Of a stretch of 64,000 bases of DNA, positions 35,076 through 44,989 are shown piece after piece (position 1 is the first letter of the stretch; each line of letters opens with the position of its first letter). A program made the translations under genes and the position numbers. Under the pieces are notes generated by a model that saw nothing but the letters and a program-made list of their open reading frames with translations, searched no databases and had not been told where the DNA came from. The stretch is from an uncultured Planctomycetales bacterium (GTDB lineage Bacteria > Omnitrophota > Gorgyraeia > Gygaellales > Profunditerraquicolaceae): assembly GCA_964545575.1 (NCBI GenBank), contig CAZJFL010000003.1, positions 55,000 through 118,999 on the forward strand, written 5' to 3'.

Positions 35076-36235
35076 TAAAAAATCAAATTAAAGAGATAAC
35101 CGATAAGTACGACTTGCGGGACAGTGATTACAGGCATCCATAAGGCGGTGCGCCGGCCGACATTAGTCCAAAGCAGGCCAATTTCGGTATAATCCGTAGC
35201 CACGCCGGCCATTAAAAAAACAAAGCTATTGCCCAGCGCGCCTGTTTGGCGGTAAATTTCAAAGGCCAGCGGAGATGACCCCTCGGAACAGACCTCTATG
35301 ACTGTAGCCAAGGCTAAGGTAACTAGCAGCCCCAATAGCGTCGGGCCCATAAACTTATGGAAGAAATGCACCGGAATATATGCGCCGGCTAAACTAGCTA
35401 TGGCGAGGCCCAAAATAATCCACCAAAGGACCATCTCAGAAAGCGCCCAAGTCCCGATAAGGACGCCTTTAAAATCACTGGCTATATTAGCCAAGTTGAA
35501 TTTATAATTCCTGGAACGCGCCTTAATATCATCAAGAATCGAAAACTTTTCCGGAACCTCTACGATATTCTTATTTTTTTCAATCAGCCCCTTCTTCTCC
35601 AGAAATATAAAGATAAAGCCTGTATTAATAGCGACGATAAGCGCAGCGATAATTATAAACAAGCCTTTGAAACCAAAAAACCCGACCAGCATTACCGTAA
35701 TCGTAAAGTTTGCCCAGGGGCTAGCCAGAAGAAAACTCACCACCGCCGGATTAGAAGCCCCCTTCTTATGTATCTGCATGGAGATGGCAAGTATGCCGTG
35801 GCTGCAGGCGCTCATTAGGAAACCCAAAAAAACGGCATTAAATATAGCGGAGGGTTTTTTCTGGGCAAGCATTTTAGAGATGTATTCCCGCGGGATATAA
35901 TAGTCAATAATCCCGCCTAAAAATAAACCTAAGGCCACTGCCCACCAGATCTTTTTTAAATAATCTAAAAACGCCCTGCGGAAAGGTTCTAAAAAGGGGA
36001 GGAAAAGAGAAACTAAGAGCAGAATTAAAACTGCGCTGCTGGTGATAAACAGCCTGTTTTTAAAAATGGACTGTTTTTTTGCTACAGAACAAACAGCCGC
36101 ATCCCTTATTCTCTCCTGTTGGATAAATTTATCCCGGCAATGCGTACTGCAGAAAAAATACTCCTGGCCACGATGAACCACCCTGAGGCCGCTTTTAGAA
36201 TCTACTTCCATCCCGCAGATCGGGTCTTTCGGCAT
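35075..36235 (-). CDS. YHS/TRASH metal-binding domain fused to a DUF318/ArsP-type permease
   Basis: N-terminus PICGMEVD...FFCSTHCRDKF (YHS domain) followed by an 8-10 TM permease body. Confidence 0.55.
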   Translation of the reverse strand: MPKDPICGMEVDSKSGLRVVHRGQEYFFCSTHCRDKFIQQERIRDAAVCSVAKKQSIFKNRLFITSSAVLILLLVSLFLPFLEPFRRAFLDYLKKIWWAVALGLFLGGIIDYYIPREYISKMLAQKKPSAIFNAVFLGFLMSACSHGILAISMQIHKKGASNPAVVSFLLASPWANFTITVMLVGFFGFKGLFIIIAALIVAINTGFIFIFLEKKGLIEKNKNIVEVPEKFSILDDIKARSRNYKFNLANIASDFKGVLIGTWALSEMVLWWIILGLAIASLAGAYIPVHFFHKFMGPTLLGLLVTLALATVIEVCSEGSSPLAFEIYRQTGALGNSFVFLMAGVATDYTEIGLLWTNVGRRTALWMPVITVPQVVLIGYLFNLIF

Positions 36236-36252
36236 CTCTTATAGCCTCTCTG

Positions 36253-36864
36253 TTAGATGCTGCCAGAAAATAACGCCTGAAACTTTTCTATCTCTTTTTT
36301 TACGTCCGGCCGGGTAACGATGGCAGAGATCGCGCATAAACCGTCGGCTCCCGAGAGGATAACCTCTTTAGCGTTTAAGAGGTTTATTCCGCCGATAGCC
36401 ACCAACGGTATAGAAACCGCTTTTTTGATTTCATTTATCAGCCTAACGCCCACGGGCGGCCCCGCGCCTTTTTTTGTTGTGGTGCTAAAAACCGGGGATA
36501 CGCCCAGATAGTCCGCACCTAGTTTTTGCGCCGCTTTTGCCTCTCTGAGCGAACGGACCGTCAGGCCGATTATTTTCTTTTTGCCGAGGAGCTTCCTGGC
36601 AACTGCGTAAGGCAAATCCTCCTGCCCCAGATGCACTCCGTCGGCTCCCACGGCTAATGCGATATCAATCCTATCATTAACCAGAAAAATATTGCCTTTA
36701 CATATCCTTTTTAATTTAAAGGCTTCCTCGTACATCTCTTTTGTGCTTGCCTTCTTCTCTCGGTACTGCACAAACTTTACTCTCGCCGCCAACGCATTTT
36801 TTACATCGCTAATATTACCGGCGCGGCTTAAGCCCGAATCGGTAATAAAATAATATCCGATCAT
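36253..36864 (-). CDS. thiE: Thiamine-phosphate synthase
   Basis: 203 aa. TMP-TENI pattern (IALAVGADGVHLGQEDLP, GADYLGVSPVFST, IPLVAIGGI). Confidence 0.85.
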   Translation of the reverse strand: MIGYYFITDSGLSRAGNISDVKNALAARVKFVQYREKKASTKEMYEEAFKLKRICKGNIFLVNDRIDIALAVGADGVHLGQEDLPYAVARKLLGKKKIIGLTVRSLREAKAAQKLGADYLGVSPVFSTTTKKGAGPPVGVRLINEIKKAVSIPLVAIGGINLLNAKEVILSGADGLCAISAIVTRPDVKKEIEKFQALFSGSI

Positions 36865-37020
36865 GCCTCTACCCTCTGCATTTTATTAGTCAAATGGTGG
36901 ATAACCGGCTTCTGCATAAACATTAAAACTTTAGTTTTACGGATAATAACAGGAGGCCTCAAATAACTGTGCAAACTACCGCCGTTTTTATCGGCAGCAG
37001 CAATACCAGCGCTATAAAAG

Positions 37021-38049
37021 TTAAACGAATACCCCCGGTATGGGGCTAGTGCAATAAATACACCTGCCTTCTTTTATATTATAATCAAAAATATTAAAGC
37101 CTTCCCTTTTAATTAATAATTTATTGCAGGCAGGGCAATTAGTATCGTTGCCCCAGCCGTAGACATTGCCGGCATAGATAAACTCCAATCCCGCCCTTCG
37201 GCCTATTGCCTGCGTTTTTTCTAAGACCGCCTCAGGCGTAGGATGGCGGTGGGTAAGTTTATAGTCGGGGTGAAACCGCGATACGTGCCAAGGTATATTT
37301 TTATCCACGCCGGCGATAAATTTGGCGATCCCCTCTAATTCCTCGTCAGAGTCATTCTCTCCGGGCACGACCAACGTAGTTATTTCCACCCAAATCTTTA
37401 ATTCTTTCATCAGCCTAATCGTATCCAGAACGGGCTGAAGGCTACCGGAGCAGATTCTTTTATAGGAACTGTCTTTAAAAAACTTTAAATCAACATTAGC
37501 CGCATCCAGATATGGCCTGATCATCTCCAAAGCTTCTTTGGTCATATAGCCGTTGGTAACAAAAATATTATACAGGTCTTTTTCTTTGGCCAGCTTTACC
37601 GTATCATAAGCATATTCAAAGAATATGGTGGGTTCGGTGTAGGTATAGGAGATACTTTTACAGTCATTCCTTACAGCTTCGTCCACTATTTCTTCGGGTA
37701 GAAACTCTTCTTCTGCCAAATCAGTCCCCTGCGCAGACAGTCCCTTCTTATCAAATGAACTCTGAGAGATTTCCCAGTTCTGGCAAAAGTCACAGCGGAA
37801 ATTACAGCCGATGGTGGCGATAGAAAAGCTCTTTGAGCCGGGCAAGAAGTGGTATAACGGTTTTTTCTCGATGGGGTCGATGTGCGCGGCGATCACCTTA
37901 CCGTAGGCGTAAGTATACAAAGTACCTTTTAGATTTTGCCTGACGCCGCAGAAGCCGAATTTCTGGTCGGCAATTTTACAATGATGGGCACAGAGAAAAC
38001 AGTGCACAAAATTATTTTCTAATTTTTCGCAGAGTAAAGCTTCTTTCAT
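37021..38049 (-). CDS. AmmeMemoRadiSam-system-type radical SAM enzyme
   Basis: 342 aa. N-terminal VHCFLCAHHCKI..FGFCGVRQN motif, then CNFRCDFCQN (CX3CX2C). Its overall size and pattern resemble the PFL-activase-like rSAM family found with AMMECR1/MEMO1. Confidence 0.65.
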   Translation of the reverse strand: MKEALLCEKLENNFVHCFLCAHHCKIADQKFGFCGVRQNLKGTLYTYAYGKVIAAHIDPIEKKPLYHFLPGSKSFSIATIGCNFRCDFCQNWEISQSSFDKKGLSAQGTDLAEEEFLPEEIVDEAVRNDCKSISYTYTEPTIFFEYAYDTVKLAKEKDLYNIFVTNGYMTKEALEMIRPYLDAANVDLKFFKDSSYKRICSGSLQPVLDTIRLMKELKIWVEITTLVVPGENDSDEELEGIAKFIAGVDKNIPWHVSRFHPDYKLTHRHPTPEAVLEKTQAIGRRAGLEFIYAGNVYGWGNDTNCPACNKLLIKREGFNIFDYNIKEGRCIYCTSPIPGVFV

Positions 38050-39113
38050 ATCTTCAAGTTTTGTAATTCCGTATCACTTATAGGGGGAACTCTTAGAAAA
38101 GAGGGACTGTCCCCGCAGGGGGGCGGGGCACCAAACCATCCGATAGGTTTGGGTGCTTCCCCGTAACCAGAGGGATCTGTCCCTCTTTTAATTATAATTA
38201 CCGCCTCCTTGCTGCCATTCAAATCGCAATAACGACAGGTAATGCTACAGGAAAGATTGATTAAATCCGGATTAAATTCTCCCCTGCCTAAAGAAGTGGG
38301 GCCGGCCAGTTCCTCATTAGGAAAAAACAGGTAATCACCTGCACTGGCTAAATTTTCCAGCTCTTTACCCTCTTTTTCATCGCGGCCTACCACCAGCCTT
38401 GCCTGCTCCGAGAGCCTGAAATGCCTGCCGATTTTTAACAACTCTATGTTATTTAGGCTTAACTGCCGGTGAGCGATAAGTTCTTTTAGCCTGCCGGCAA
38501 ACTCCGGATCAGTCAGCAAACAGCCCCCGGCGGCATTAGGATAATCTTTTATCCCGAATTTTTGCGCTAACTTTATCTGCGGCCTGCGGCTCCTGCCGCT
38601 AAAATCCAGCAACTTTTCTCTAGACACCCACCCTTGTTTTTCGGGGGTTGTCTCTGGCAACAGCTTAGCCGATAACGGCCGCAAGAGCAAACCTTCCAAG
38701 CCGCTTTTTTTCTCAATAAGCTCCAATGCCTTCCGGTGCTGCGACATCGGCCGCTGCCCTAAAACCTCTCCTGTGACTACAAATGCCGCATCTAGCTCTT
38801 TCATTATTTCTCTGGTTTTAGTTAACATAAAAATCTTGCAATCTATACAGGGGTTCAGATTTGCGCCAAAGCCGTGCTCCGGCTTAATCAGTAATTTCAG
38901 GAATTCATTACTGATATCGAATATCTTTAAATCTGACCCTAAGCTATTCTTTACGAAAGAAATTAAATTATTTTCCCGCGATGAAACTCCTTTATCGCGA
39001 TGAGAGAAAGGTATCTTAAAGTGCAGCGGGATAACTCTAACCCCTTCTTCCTGGGCGGTTTTAGCCGCTAAGATGCTATCTAATCCTCCGGAGATTAAAG
39101 CTATTGCTTTCAT
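38046..39113 (-). CDS. PP-loop (SGGxDS) adenine-nucleotide alpha-hydrolase family ATPase, likely a tRNA/cofactor thiolation-type enzyme
   Basis: N-terminus AIALISGGLDSILAAK; NPCIDCK and C-terminal Cys cluster. The last ~45 aa are Pro/Gly-rich translation of a GC-rich palindromic element, so the true C-terminus is uncertain. Confidence 0.5.
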   Translation of the reverse strand: MKAIALISGGLDSILAAKTAQEEGVRVIPLHFKIPFSHRDKGVSSRENNLISFVKNSLGSDLKIFDISNEFLKLLIKPEHGFGANLNPCIDCKIFMLTKTREIMKELDAAFVVTGEVLGQRPMSQHRKALELIEKKSGLEGLLLRPLSAKLLPETTPEKQGWVSREKLLDFSGRSRRPQIKLAQKFGIKDYPNAAGGCLLTDPEFAGRLKELIAHRQLSLNNIELLKIGRHFRLSEQARLVVGRDEKEGKELENLASAGDYLFFPNEELAGPTSLGRGEFNPDLINLSCSITCRYCDLNGSKEAVIIIKRGTDPSGYGEAPKPIGWFGAPPPCGDSPSFLRVPPISDTELQNLKI

Positions 39114-39130
39114 AGATAAATCGGCAGGGC

Positions 39131-39874
39131 TTAATGGCCGGGCAGTGTCCGGGCCAGCAAAATAAACAACACGCCGCAGATAAAAGCAAACATGGCTAAG
39201 GCGCTCTTTTTTATTTGCGGCTCTTTGTGTAATTCCGGGATCAGGTCGCAGGCGCCGATATAGATAAACCCTCCGGCGGTAAGGGGGAGCAATACGGCTG
39301 AAAAATTGCCGATCCTGCCCGATAAATAAAATCCGGCTACCGTCCCTAAAACACAGGTGAGCGCTGAGATAAAATTATAGAATAATGCCTTTGTCTTCTC
39401 CATGCCGCCGTAAACCAATATGCCGAAATCTCCGATCTCCTGCGGGATTTCATGAAAGACTATCACCAAGGTAGTAATCACGCCAAAATGGATGCCCACT
39501 AAAAAACTTGCGCCGATCACCAGCCCGTCGCAAAAATTATGGATGCCGTCTCCGACAAGATTAAGATAGGTAAATGTATGTATCTGACATTCGCCCTGAT
39601 GACAGTGGCGCCAATGCAGGTACCTTTCCAGAATAAAAAAGACGATAAATCCTGCTATAACATAAATGAAGACTGCAGAAGGCCTTGATTCTTCTAGGGC
39701 CTCAGGGATAAGATGCAAGAAGGCCCCTCCGATTAACCCACCTGCGGAAAAGCCGATTAATACAAATAATAGCCTTTCAAGCCATCCCTCTTTAAGGAGC
39801 AGGGTAAAAATTCCGATCAAAGAGATAAGGCTGACCGCGATACTTGCCGCTAAAGCCCAGATTAAATTTATCAT
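39131..39874 (-). CDS. zupT: ZIP-family divalent metal (zinc) transporter
   Basis: 247 aa. ZIP signature HEIPQEIGDFGIL, His-rich loop, 8 TM helices. Confidence 0.8.
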   Translation of the reverse strand: MINLIWALAASIAVSLISLIGIFTLLLKEGWLERLLFVLIGFSAGGLIGGAFLHLIPEALEESRPSAVFIYVIAGFIVFFILERYLHWRHCHQGECQIHTFTYLNLVGDGIHNFCDGLVIGASFLVGIHFGVITTLVIVFHEIPQEIGDFGILVYGGMEKTKALFYNFISALTCVLGTVAGFYLSGRIGNFSAVLLPLTAGGFIYIGACDLIPELHKEPQIKKSALAMFAFICGVLFILLARTLPGH

Positions 39875-39920
39875 TCTGGTATTTGCCTCCTTTTATAGTT
39901 TACTTATTATAACACGGGAA

Positions 39921-40661
39921 TTAAAATTTATGAAGAAGAGATAAGGGCGCTTCTAAACCGTGCGCAGTAAGAAGGGGTTTGTTAGAAAGGACTTCTTTAG
40001 TCAGGCCTTCGGCGACTATCCTGCTGTTGTCTAAAATAATAACACGCTGACAAGTTTCCAGGACCATTTCTAAATCGTGTGTCGCGATTATTTTAGTAAA
40101 TTTAAATTTCTTTAAAAATTCTATCAAGTGCCTGCGGGATGAGTGATCGAGGTTGGCATTCGGCTCATCCAAAATCAAAATCTCCGGGGACATCGCCAAA
40201 ACCGTGGCAATGGAAAGCCTGCGCTGCTGCCCTAAGCTTAAATGGTGCGAAGAATGGCTCCCGGCATCCGAAAGCCCCATCTCTTTGAGGGCATAATTTA
40301 CCCTCTCTTTTACCTCTTCCTTGTTCATGCCAAGATTCATCGGCCCGAAAGCGACATCTTAGTATGCAGTAGGCATAAAAAGCTGATCCTGCGGGTCCTG
40401 AAAAACAAAACCGACCTGCTGACGGATAAAAGAAAGATTTCCTTTTGACGCCTCCCTGCCGAAAATCCTGACTGCTGCGCTATTTCCGTTGAGCAAACCG
40501 TTAAAATGCAAAAGCAGAGTGGACTTACCGGCGCCATTAGGTCCGATTACCGCCAGCGAATCCCCTTCGTATATGTCAAGAGTTATATCCTCCAGGGCAG
40601 GACTGCCGTCCGGATAAACGAAGCTCAAATTCCTTATTTCAACGGCTTTTCTCATGGGCAT
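39921..40661 (-). pseudogene. cbiO: ECF-transporter ATPase (CbiO/NikO/EcfA) interrupted by an in-frame TAA at 40359-40361
   Basis: Two ORF-track pieces (40359..40661 with Walker A GPNGAGKST; 39921..40340 with LSLGQQRRL and ILILDEP) are in the same frame, separated by one TAA. The read-through sequence FQDPQDQLFMPTAY*DVAFGPMNLG matches the conserved Q-loop region, where the stop occupies a position that is normally Glu (GAA). Confidence 0.6.
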
Positions 40662-41268
40662 ACCCCCTTGCGCACATCGCCAGGTATACTCTTTCCGCGC
40701 GCTCGTAGGTGCGAATGAATACGGTCCCCAGGATATTGCTTAATACTCTGACCTTAAATCTCGCCTTGGCATCGCCGGCGCTCCTGGACTCATAAGCGCG
40801 CCTTACTCTTAATATCTGGTCTTCTAAAAGGAAAGAGTAACGGTACATAAAAGAAAGCAGGTCAACCAATAACCGGGGAAACCTTAACTGCCTCAATGCC
40901 CCCAGCAGTTCTGTAAATTTAGTGGTAAAAGAAATTATCAAGACTAAGGAAACGGCTAAAACAGCTTTCGCTATACAGTTTAAAAATAGAAGATAACCCG
41001 ATTTCCTGAATAACGCAGGTATTGCAATAAGGGCGATAAAAGGCAATATCTCAACTAATTTTGCCAACAGTAGCTTAAGCGGTACCCCTGATAAGTAAAA
41101 CAAAGTTGCGACTATCAATGTATAGCCTATAAATAAAGCCACCTGCCTGATGGGAGTAAGAACTACGGCGAATAGAAAAATAAAGAGAGCGATGATTTTT
41201 ACCCTAGCGTTAATCTTATGCAAAGGGGTATCCAGGTCGGCACAACTATCGAAAAAGGCGTGTTTCAT
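40639..41268 (-). CDS. cbiQ: ECF transporter transmembrane T component (CbiQ/NikQ)
   Basis: 209 aa, 5 TM helices. CbiQ-family pattern with its conserved Arg-rich C-terminal region (LRVRRAYESR). Confidence 0.7.
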   Translation of the reverse strand: MKHAFFDSCADLDTPLHKINARVKIIALFIFLFAVVLTPIRQVALFIGYTLIVATLFYLSGVPLKLLLAKLVEILPFIALIAIPALFRKSGYLLFLNCIAKAVLAVSLVLIISFTTKFTELLGALRQLRFPRLLVDLLSFMYRYSFLLEDQILRVRRAYESRSAGDAKARFKVRVLSNILGTVFIRTYERAERVYLAMCARGYAHEKSR

Positions 41269-41542
41269 TTTTTCTCCCGAGTAATCTGCCTAAAATAAGA
41301 GCTGAAATAAATACGATAAATACTCCTACCACTCCCGCGATAGAACCGGCTAACTTTTCGTTGTTTACGCCGGGGAACATATAATCGGCAATGGGCGCGC
41401 GGATCAAGCTGACAGCTTTATCCAAAAAACTTTTATCCTCGGCCACGCGCTCAAGGCCGTCAGGAGAAGCGGAGGCAAGAAAAGAAAATATTGCCAAGGT
41501 AACAGCTATAACTAAACCGATAATTACATCCTTCTTTTTCAT
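41246..41542 (-). CDS. PDGLE-domain small membrane protein (CbiN/NikL-type auxiliary component)
   Basis: 98 aa. SPDGLERVAED motif between two TM helices. Confidence 0.6.
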   Translation of the reverse strand: MKKKDVIIGLVIAVTLAIFSFLASASPDGLERVAEDKSFLDKAVSLIRAPIADYMFPGVNNEKLAGSIAGVVGVFIVFISALILGRLLGRKNETRLFR

Positions 41543-41544
41543 GG

Positions 41545-42171
41545 TTATCTCCCGTATACGAGATCCGGCCTGACCTTTAATATAAAGCTTATTACCAACG
41601 TAGTAATAACGGCCTCGCCTGTGCCGATAAAAATATGCACAAATAACATCGCCGGGAGCGCTATATTAAGCGGCGATATTCCTGAGGCGGCTAATTCAAA
41701 AGCGCAAGCGCTTGCGGCTATAACTACGGAAAACCAGCTGGCAATAAACACAGCCGGCAGGATATTATTCCGGAAAAACGATTTCTTAAGCAACGTATAG
41801 AAATAATAACTTAAAATCGTGCCTACTATCGCCATATTAAAGATATTGGCTCCCAAAGCGGTCAATCCCCCGTCCTGAAATATCAAGCACTGCACAATTA
41901 AGACCAGGCTTAAGACAATTGCGCCGGCATATGGCCCTAAGGTAACCGCCGCCAGAACCCCGCCTAATAGATGCCCGGAAGTCCCGCCTAAAACCGGAAA
42001 ATTCAGCATCTGCGCCGCAAAGATAAATGCAGCCATTACTCCCATTAAAGGCACTGTTTTATCTTTCATGGACTCTTTGACTTTTTTGAAGGCATAACTT
42101 AAGGTGCCCAAAGCAACCGCCCACGCCGAGATAAAAACCGGCGGGCTCAAAAAACCATCCGGGATATGCAT
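41545..42171 (-). CDS. cbiM: ECF transporter substrate-capture component CbiM/NikM
   Basis: The conserved N-terminus MHIPDGFLS starts at 42171; the ORF track extends 9 codons further upstream. 6-7 TM helices. Confidence 0.85.
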   Translation of the reverse strand: MHIPDGFLSPPVFISAWAVALGTLSYAFKKVKESMKDKTVPLMGVMAAFIFAAQMLNFPVLGGTSGHLLGGVLAAVTLGPYAGAIVLSLVLIVQCLIFQDGGLTALGANIFNMAIVGTILSYYFYTLLKKSFFRNNILPAVFIASWFSVVIAASACAFELAASGISPLNIALPAMLFVHIFIGTGEAVITTLVISFILKVRPDLVYGR

Positions 42172-42326
42172 ATCTGCCTCCTTCACAGTAGTAAACACCC
42201 GATTTTATCGGATAAATCGGTGTCCCGTCTTCTACGGGAACACCGAACCATTCCCGCAAAGGCGGGACGCCGAAGCATCCAATAGCTTCGGGCGCATATA
42301 GGTTCGGGTGCAACAATCTATCTATT

Positions 42327-43100
42327 TTAAAATGCAAATGATAAAGTTGAGGAAAGCTGATAATCCGGGCTGGCCTTAGAAATGCCTCCGGCTCCGCTTA
42401 CTTCAAAAGAAACATTCTTATTAAATTCATAGCTTAAGGTAAGCGCGCCGATGAATATGTTATCGTCGAAATCCCCTTTAAAAATATTTTCTCCGTAAAT
42501 TTCCGCGCAGATGCCGAGCTTTTCGGTGAGGCTACGGCCGATATCAAAACAATAAAAGAATGCATTATCTTCTCCCTTGGCAAGGGTAAAAATATAGCCC
42601 AAATTTAGATCAAAAACATTATCCCCTATATTTTTGGTAAAGATATTATTGACGCTAAGATCAAACCTCCCGGTACCGATACCATCGCTTTTATCTGCTG
42701 ATGGAGGTTTGACATCAAAATACAAAGCATAACCGGGCAAAACCCGGCTTTCTTCGCGCAACCGGCATTTAGTTTCTATAAGGATATCGGAAAAACCATT
42801 TACCTTACCGTCTGAGCCGTTAATAAACTCATAGGGTACGGTTAAGCCGACATCCAGATTATCCAGCAGGCCGTAAGAAAAATAAGCGCTAACGTCTAAT
42901 TCTCTGCTAGCCGGCTTGATATTTTCTCCAGACTCAAGATCAAATCCCGTTTCTACGTCCCGGTAATAATCGGCGGTAAATTCTATATCCCAGTGCCCTT
43001 TATCGGTAGTATAAATATCATCTATAAAAAGAGCTGCATAACTGCGGCTAAACTGTGCACAAAAAAATATGGTCAAAAAGATAACAAATGCTTTTCTCAT
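42327..43100 (-). CDS. Putative outer-membrane beta-barrel protein
   Basis: 257 aa. Signal peptide, alternating amphipathic beta-strand pattern, C-terminal ...LSFAF. Confidence 0.4.
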   Translation of the reverse strand: MRKAFVIFLTIFFCAQFSRSYAALFIDDIYTTDKGHWDIEFTADYYRDVETGFDLESGENIKPASRELDVSAYFSYGLLDNLDVGLTVPYEFINGSDGKVNGFSDILIETKCRLREESRVLPGYALYFDVKPPSADKSDGIGTGRFDLSVNNIFTKNIGDNVFDLNLGYIFTLAKGEDNAFFYCFDIGRSLTEKLGICAEIYGENIFKGDFDDNIFIGALTLSYEFNKNVSFEVSGAGGISKASPDYQLSSTLSFAF

Positions 43101-43513
43101 AATCCTTCTCCTACTGTAGTCATTACCAGCCTACCGTGTTTGACGCCTTTTACCGAAATCAGAGCATCTGCTATTTTTTTAATACGCGCCGGCTTTCCCC
43201 TGACCGCTAATACTTCAAGGCAATTATGCACATCTAGGTGCACATGCATTGAAGAAATAATTTCTGAATGGTATTGATGCTGCAATTCGGTAAGGATATC
43301 GGTTAATTCATGCACATGGTGACTATAGACTATGGTTACCGTGCCCACTGTCTCTTTATTGCCTGCCTCCCATTCTTCTTCTACCAGATTATTGCGTATC
43401 AGGTCTCTTATTGCCTCGGAACGATTAGCATAACCTTTGCGGTTTATCAGCCGGTCAAACTTTTTTAAAAGCTCTTCCTCCATGGCTACGCCAAAACGTA
43501 TTACTGCGGACAT
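43097..43513 (-). CDS. nikR: Nickel-responsive regulator NikR
   Basis: Probable start at ATG 43513 (GGGAGGAG upstream). N-terminal ribbon-helix-helix ([37 protein letters not shown]); C-terminal ACT-like domain with His/Cys metal site (HHVHE...H.HLDVHNC). Confidence 0.8.
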   Translation of the reverse strand: MSAVIRFGVAMEEELLKKFDRLINRKGYANRSEAIRDLIRNNLVEEEWEAGNKETVGTVTIVYSHHVHELTDILTELQHQYHSEIISSMHVHLDVHNCLEVLAVRGKPARIKKIADALISVKGVKHGRLVMTTVGEGL

Positions 43514-43529
43514 AGAACTCCTCCCTGCA

Positions 43530-43556
43530 AGCAGGATTAGTGTTACTTTTTTAAAA
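43530..43556. promoter_or_regulatory. Candidate NikR operator: dyad GTGTTACT-N11-AGTAACAC upstream of nikR
   Basis: Perfect 8-bp inverted arms 17-43 nt upstream of the proposed nikR start. Confidence 0.45.
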
Positions 43557-43700
43557 ATAGTAACACACAATAAAGCTTTGTCAAGTCTTTTTTATAAAAG
43601 ATTTTTAAGGGGGGCTAAAAATGCGGGCTGGCGTTAGCCAAGGTTAGGCTTTCTTCCTTTATTTGCCCTTTTGGAGCGCCAGTTAAGTTTGCCTCTGCGT

Positions 43701-44279
43701 TTACGTTTTCCCATTTGCCTTCTCTTTATTTAAAGCCTCTATTATTTTATACGCCAGATCCTCGCCGGCATTCGCTAATGCCTCCCTGCCGCCGGTAATC
43801 ACATCTAGGTGCGCGGAATTGCCCGCAGCATCCAGATAAGCAATGACTTTCCCGTCTTTGACCCGGATGAGCTTAGCGGTGACATTGGCAAAGCAGGAGC
43901 GCATATTTGACTGCGGGACATTGCCTCCGGCGGAAGCAATGGCTTTGCCTACTACTACGTAATTGGCGCGCGATAAATTACCTAATTTTACGGCCTTGCC
44001 TTCGGAAAAATTAAGCAGGCGGAATGCCGGGTCCTGGCGGACGATCTTGGTGAGGTTGGAGGGTTCAAGCACGTCATAACCCTGGGCAATCAGCTGGGTG
44101 GCAAGCTTAGCTTCCGTAGTGGATAAGTCTATTTCGCTGGCCCACCAGGCCCGTTGCGGGCCTTCGATATTCTGCTCACTGATGAGCAGGATGATCTTGG
44201 TCTGTGTATCTTTGGCGTAAGATAGCGATAAGGAAAGGGTAAAATAAAGCATTAAGAAAATAAAAGATATTTTTTTCAT
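43701..44279 (-). CDS. Hypothetical secreted protein
   Basis: 192 aa with a signal peptide; no recognisable catalytic motif. Confidence 0.3.
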   Translation of the reverse strand: MKKISFIFLMLYFTLSLSLSYAKDTQTKIILLISEQNIEGPQRAWWASEIDLSTTEAKLATQLIAQGYDVLEPSNLTKIVRQDPAFRLLNFSEGKAVKLGNLSRANYVVVGKAIASAGGNVPQSNMRSCFANVTAKLIRVKDGKVIAYLDAAGNSAHLDVITGGREALANAGEDLAYKIIEALNKEKANGKT

Positions 44280-44350
44280 CTTTTAGCCTCCTGTTTGATT
44301 TAATATATTAGAAATGTCTGCCGCTGTCAAGCTAAATCGACGGCGTAAAA

Positions 44351-44989
44351 TTATAATATTTTAAATAAATCCGTAATTTTATGCGCTATACGCCAAGGCT
44401 CCTCCCGTCTGATCTCCTGCCGGCTGCTTGAGCCGGTGGTCACAATAACCGTCTTTATTGCGGCGCGCCGGCCGGCCTGGGCATCGATAGTCATATCCCC
44501 TACGTATAAGGTCTCGGACGGCTTACTCCTTTCTTTACGCATAATTTTCTGCAGGATCTCTGGGTGCGGCTTGCCATGCGCCAATTTATCCGCGCAAAGG
44601 ATAGTATTAAAATATGGCGCGATTTTTAAGTGGCGGATTAAAATCCATAAAAAACGCGTGGGGCGGTTGCTGGCAAGCGCAAGCTGATAGCCCCTGTTCT
44701 CTAGATAGGTTAAGAGCTTCTTTACGCTAGGAAATAAGCGAGATTGGCAAAGGAGCGACTTGCGATGATGCCGGCGGTATATCGAAAGCACCTTTTTTAA
44801 ATCCGCTTTCTTGATAAAGGGCGTAAGGAGCCGCTCGTCTCCCCAGCCTACTGCCCGGCAAATAATCCCGGGGGCCTGTTTAGGATAACCCGTTTTTTGC
44901 ATCGCGTAATTAAAGCTGCTGACAATCGCCGGATACGCGTTGACCAGCGTACCGTCCAGATCGAAGATAATTAATTTTAAATTATGCAT
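44351..44989 (-). CDS. HAD-superfamily hydrolase (phosphoglycolate phosphatase-like, subfamily IA)
   Basis: 212 aa. Motif I IIFDLDGTL; motifs III/IV present. Confidence 0.8.
   Translation of the reverse strand: MHNLKLIIFDLDGTLVNAYPAIVSSFNYAMQKTGYPKQAPGIICRAVGWGDERLLTPFIKKADLKKVLSIYRRHHRKSLLCQSRLFPSVKKLLTYLENRGYQLALASNRPTRFLWILIRHLKIAPYFNTILCADKLAHGKPHPEILQKIMRKERSKPSETLYVGDMTIDAQAGRRAAIKTVIVTTGSSSRQEIRREEPWRIAHKITDLFKIL

Noticed and set aside
36865-37020. Possible TPP riboswitch upstream of thiE
   Set aside because: The 156-nt leader lacks the thi-box consensus (CUGAGA ... UGGAUAAUGCCAGCG); it is probably just a promoter/UTR.
40337-40537. 66-aa ORF overlapping the cbiO fragments
   Set aside because: Alternate-frame shadow within the ABC ATPase coding region.
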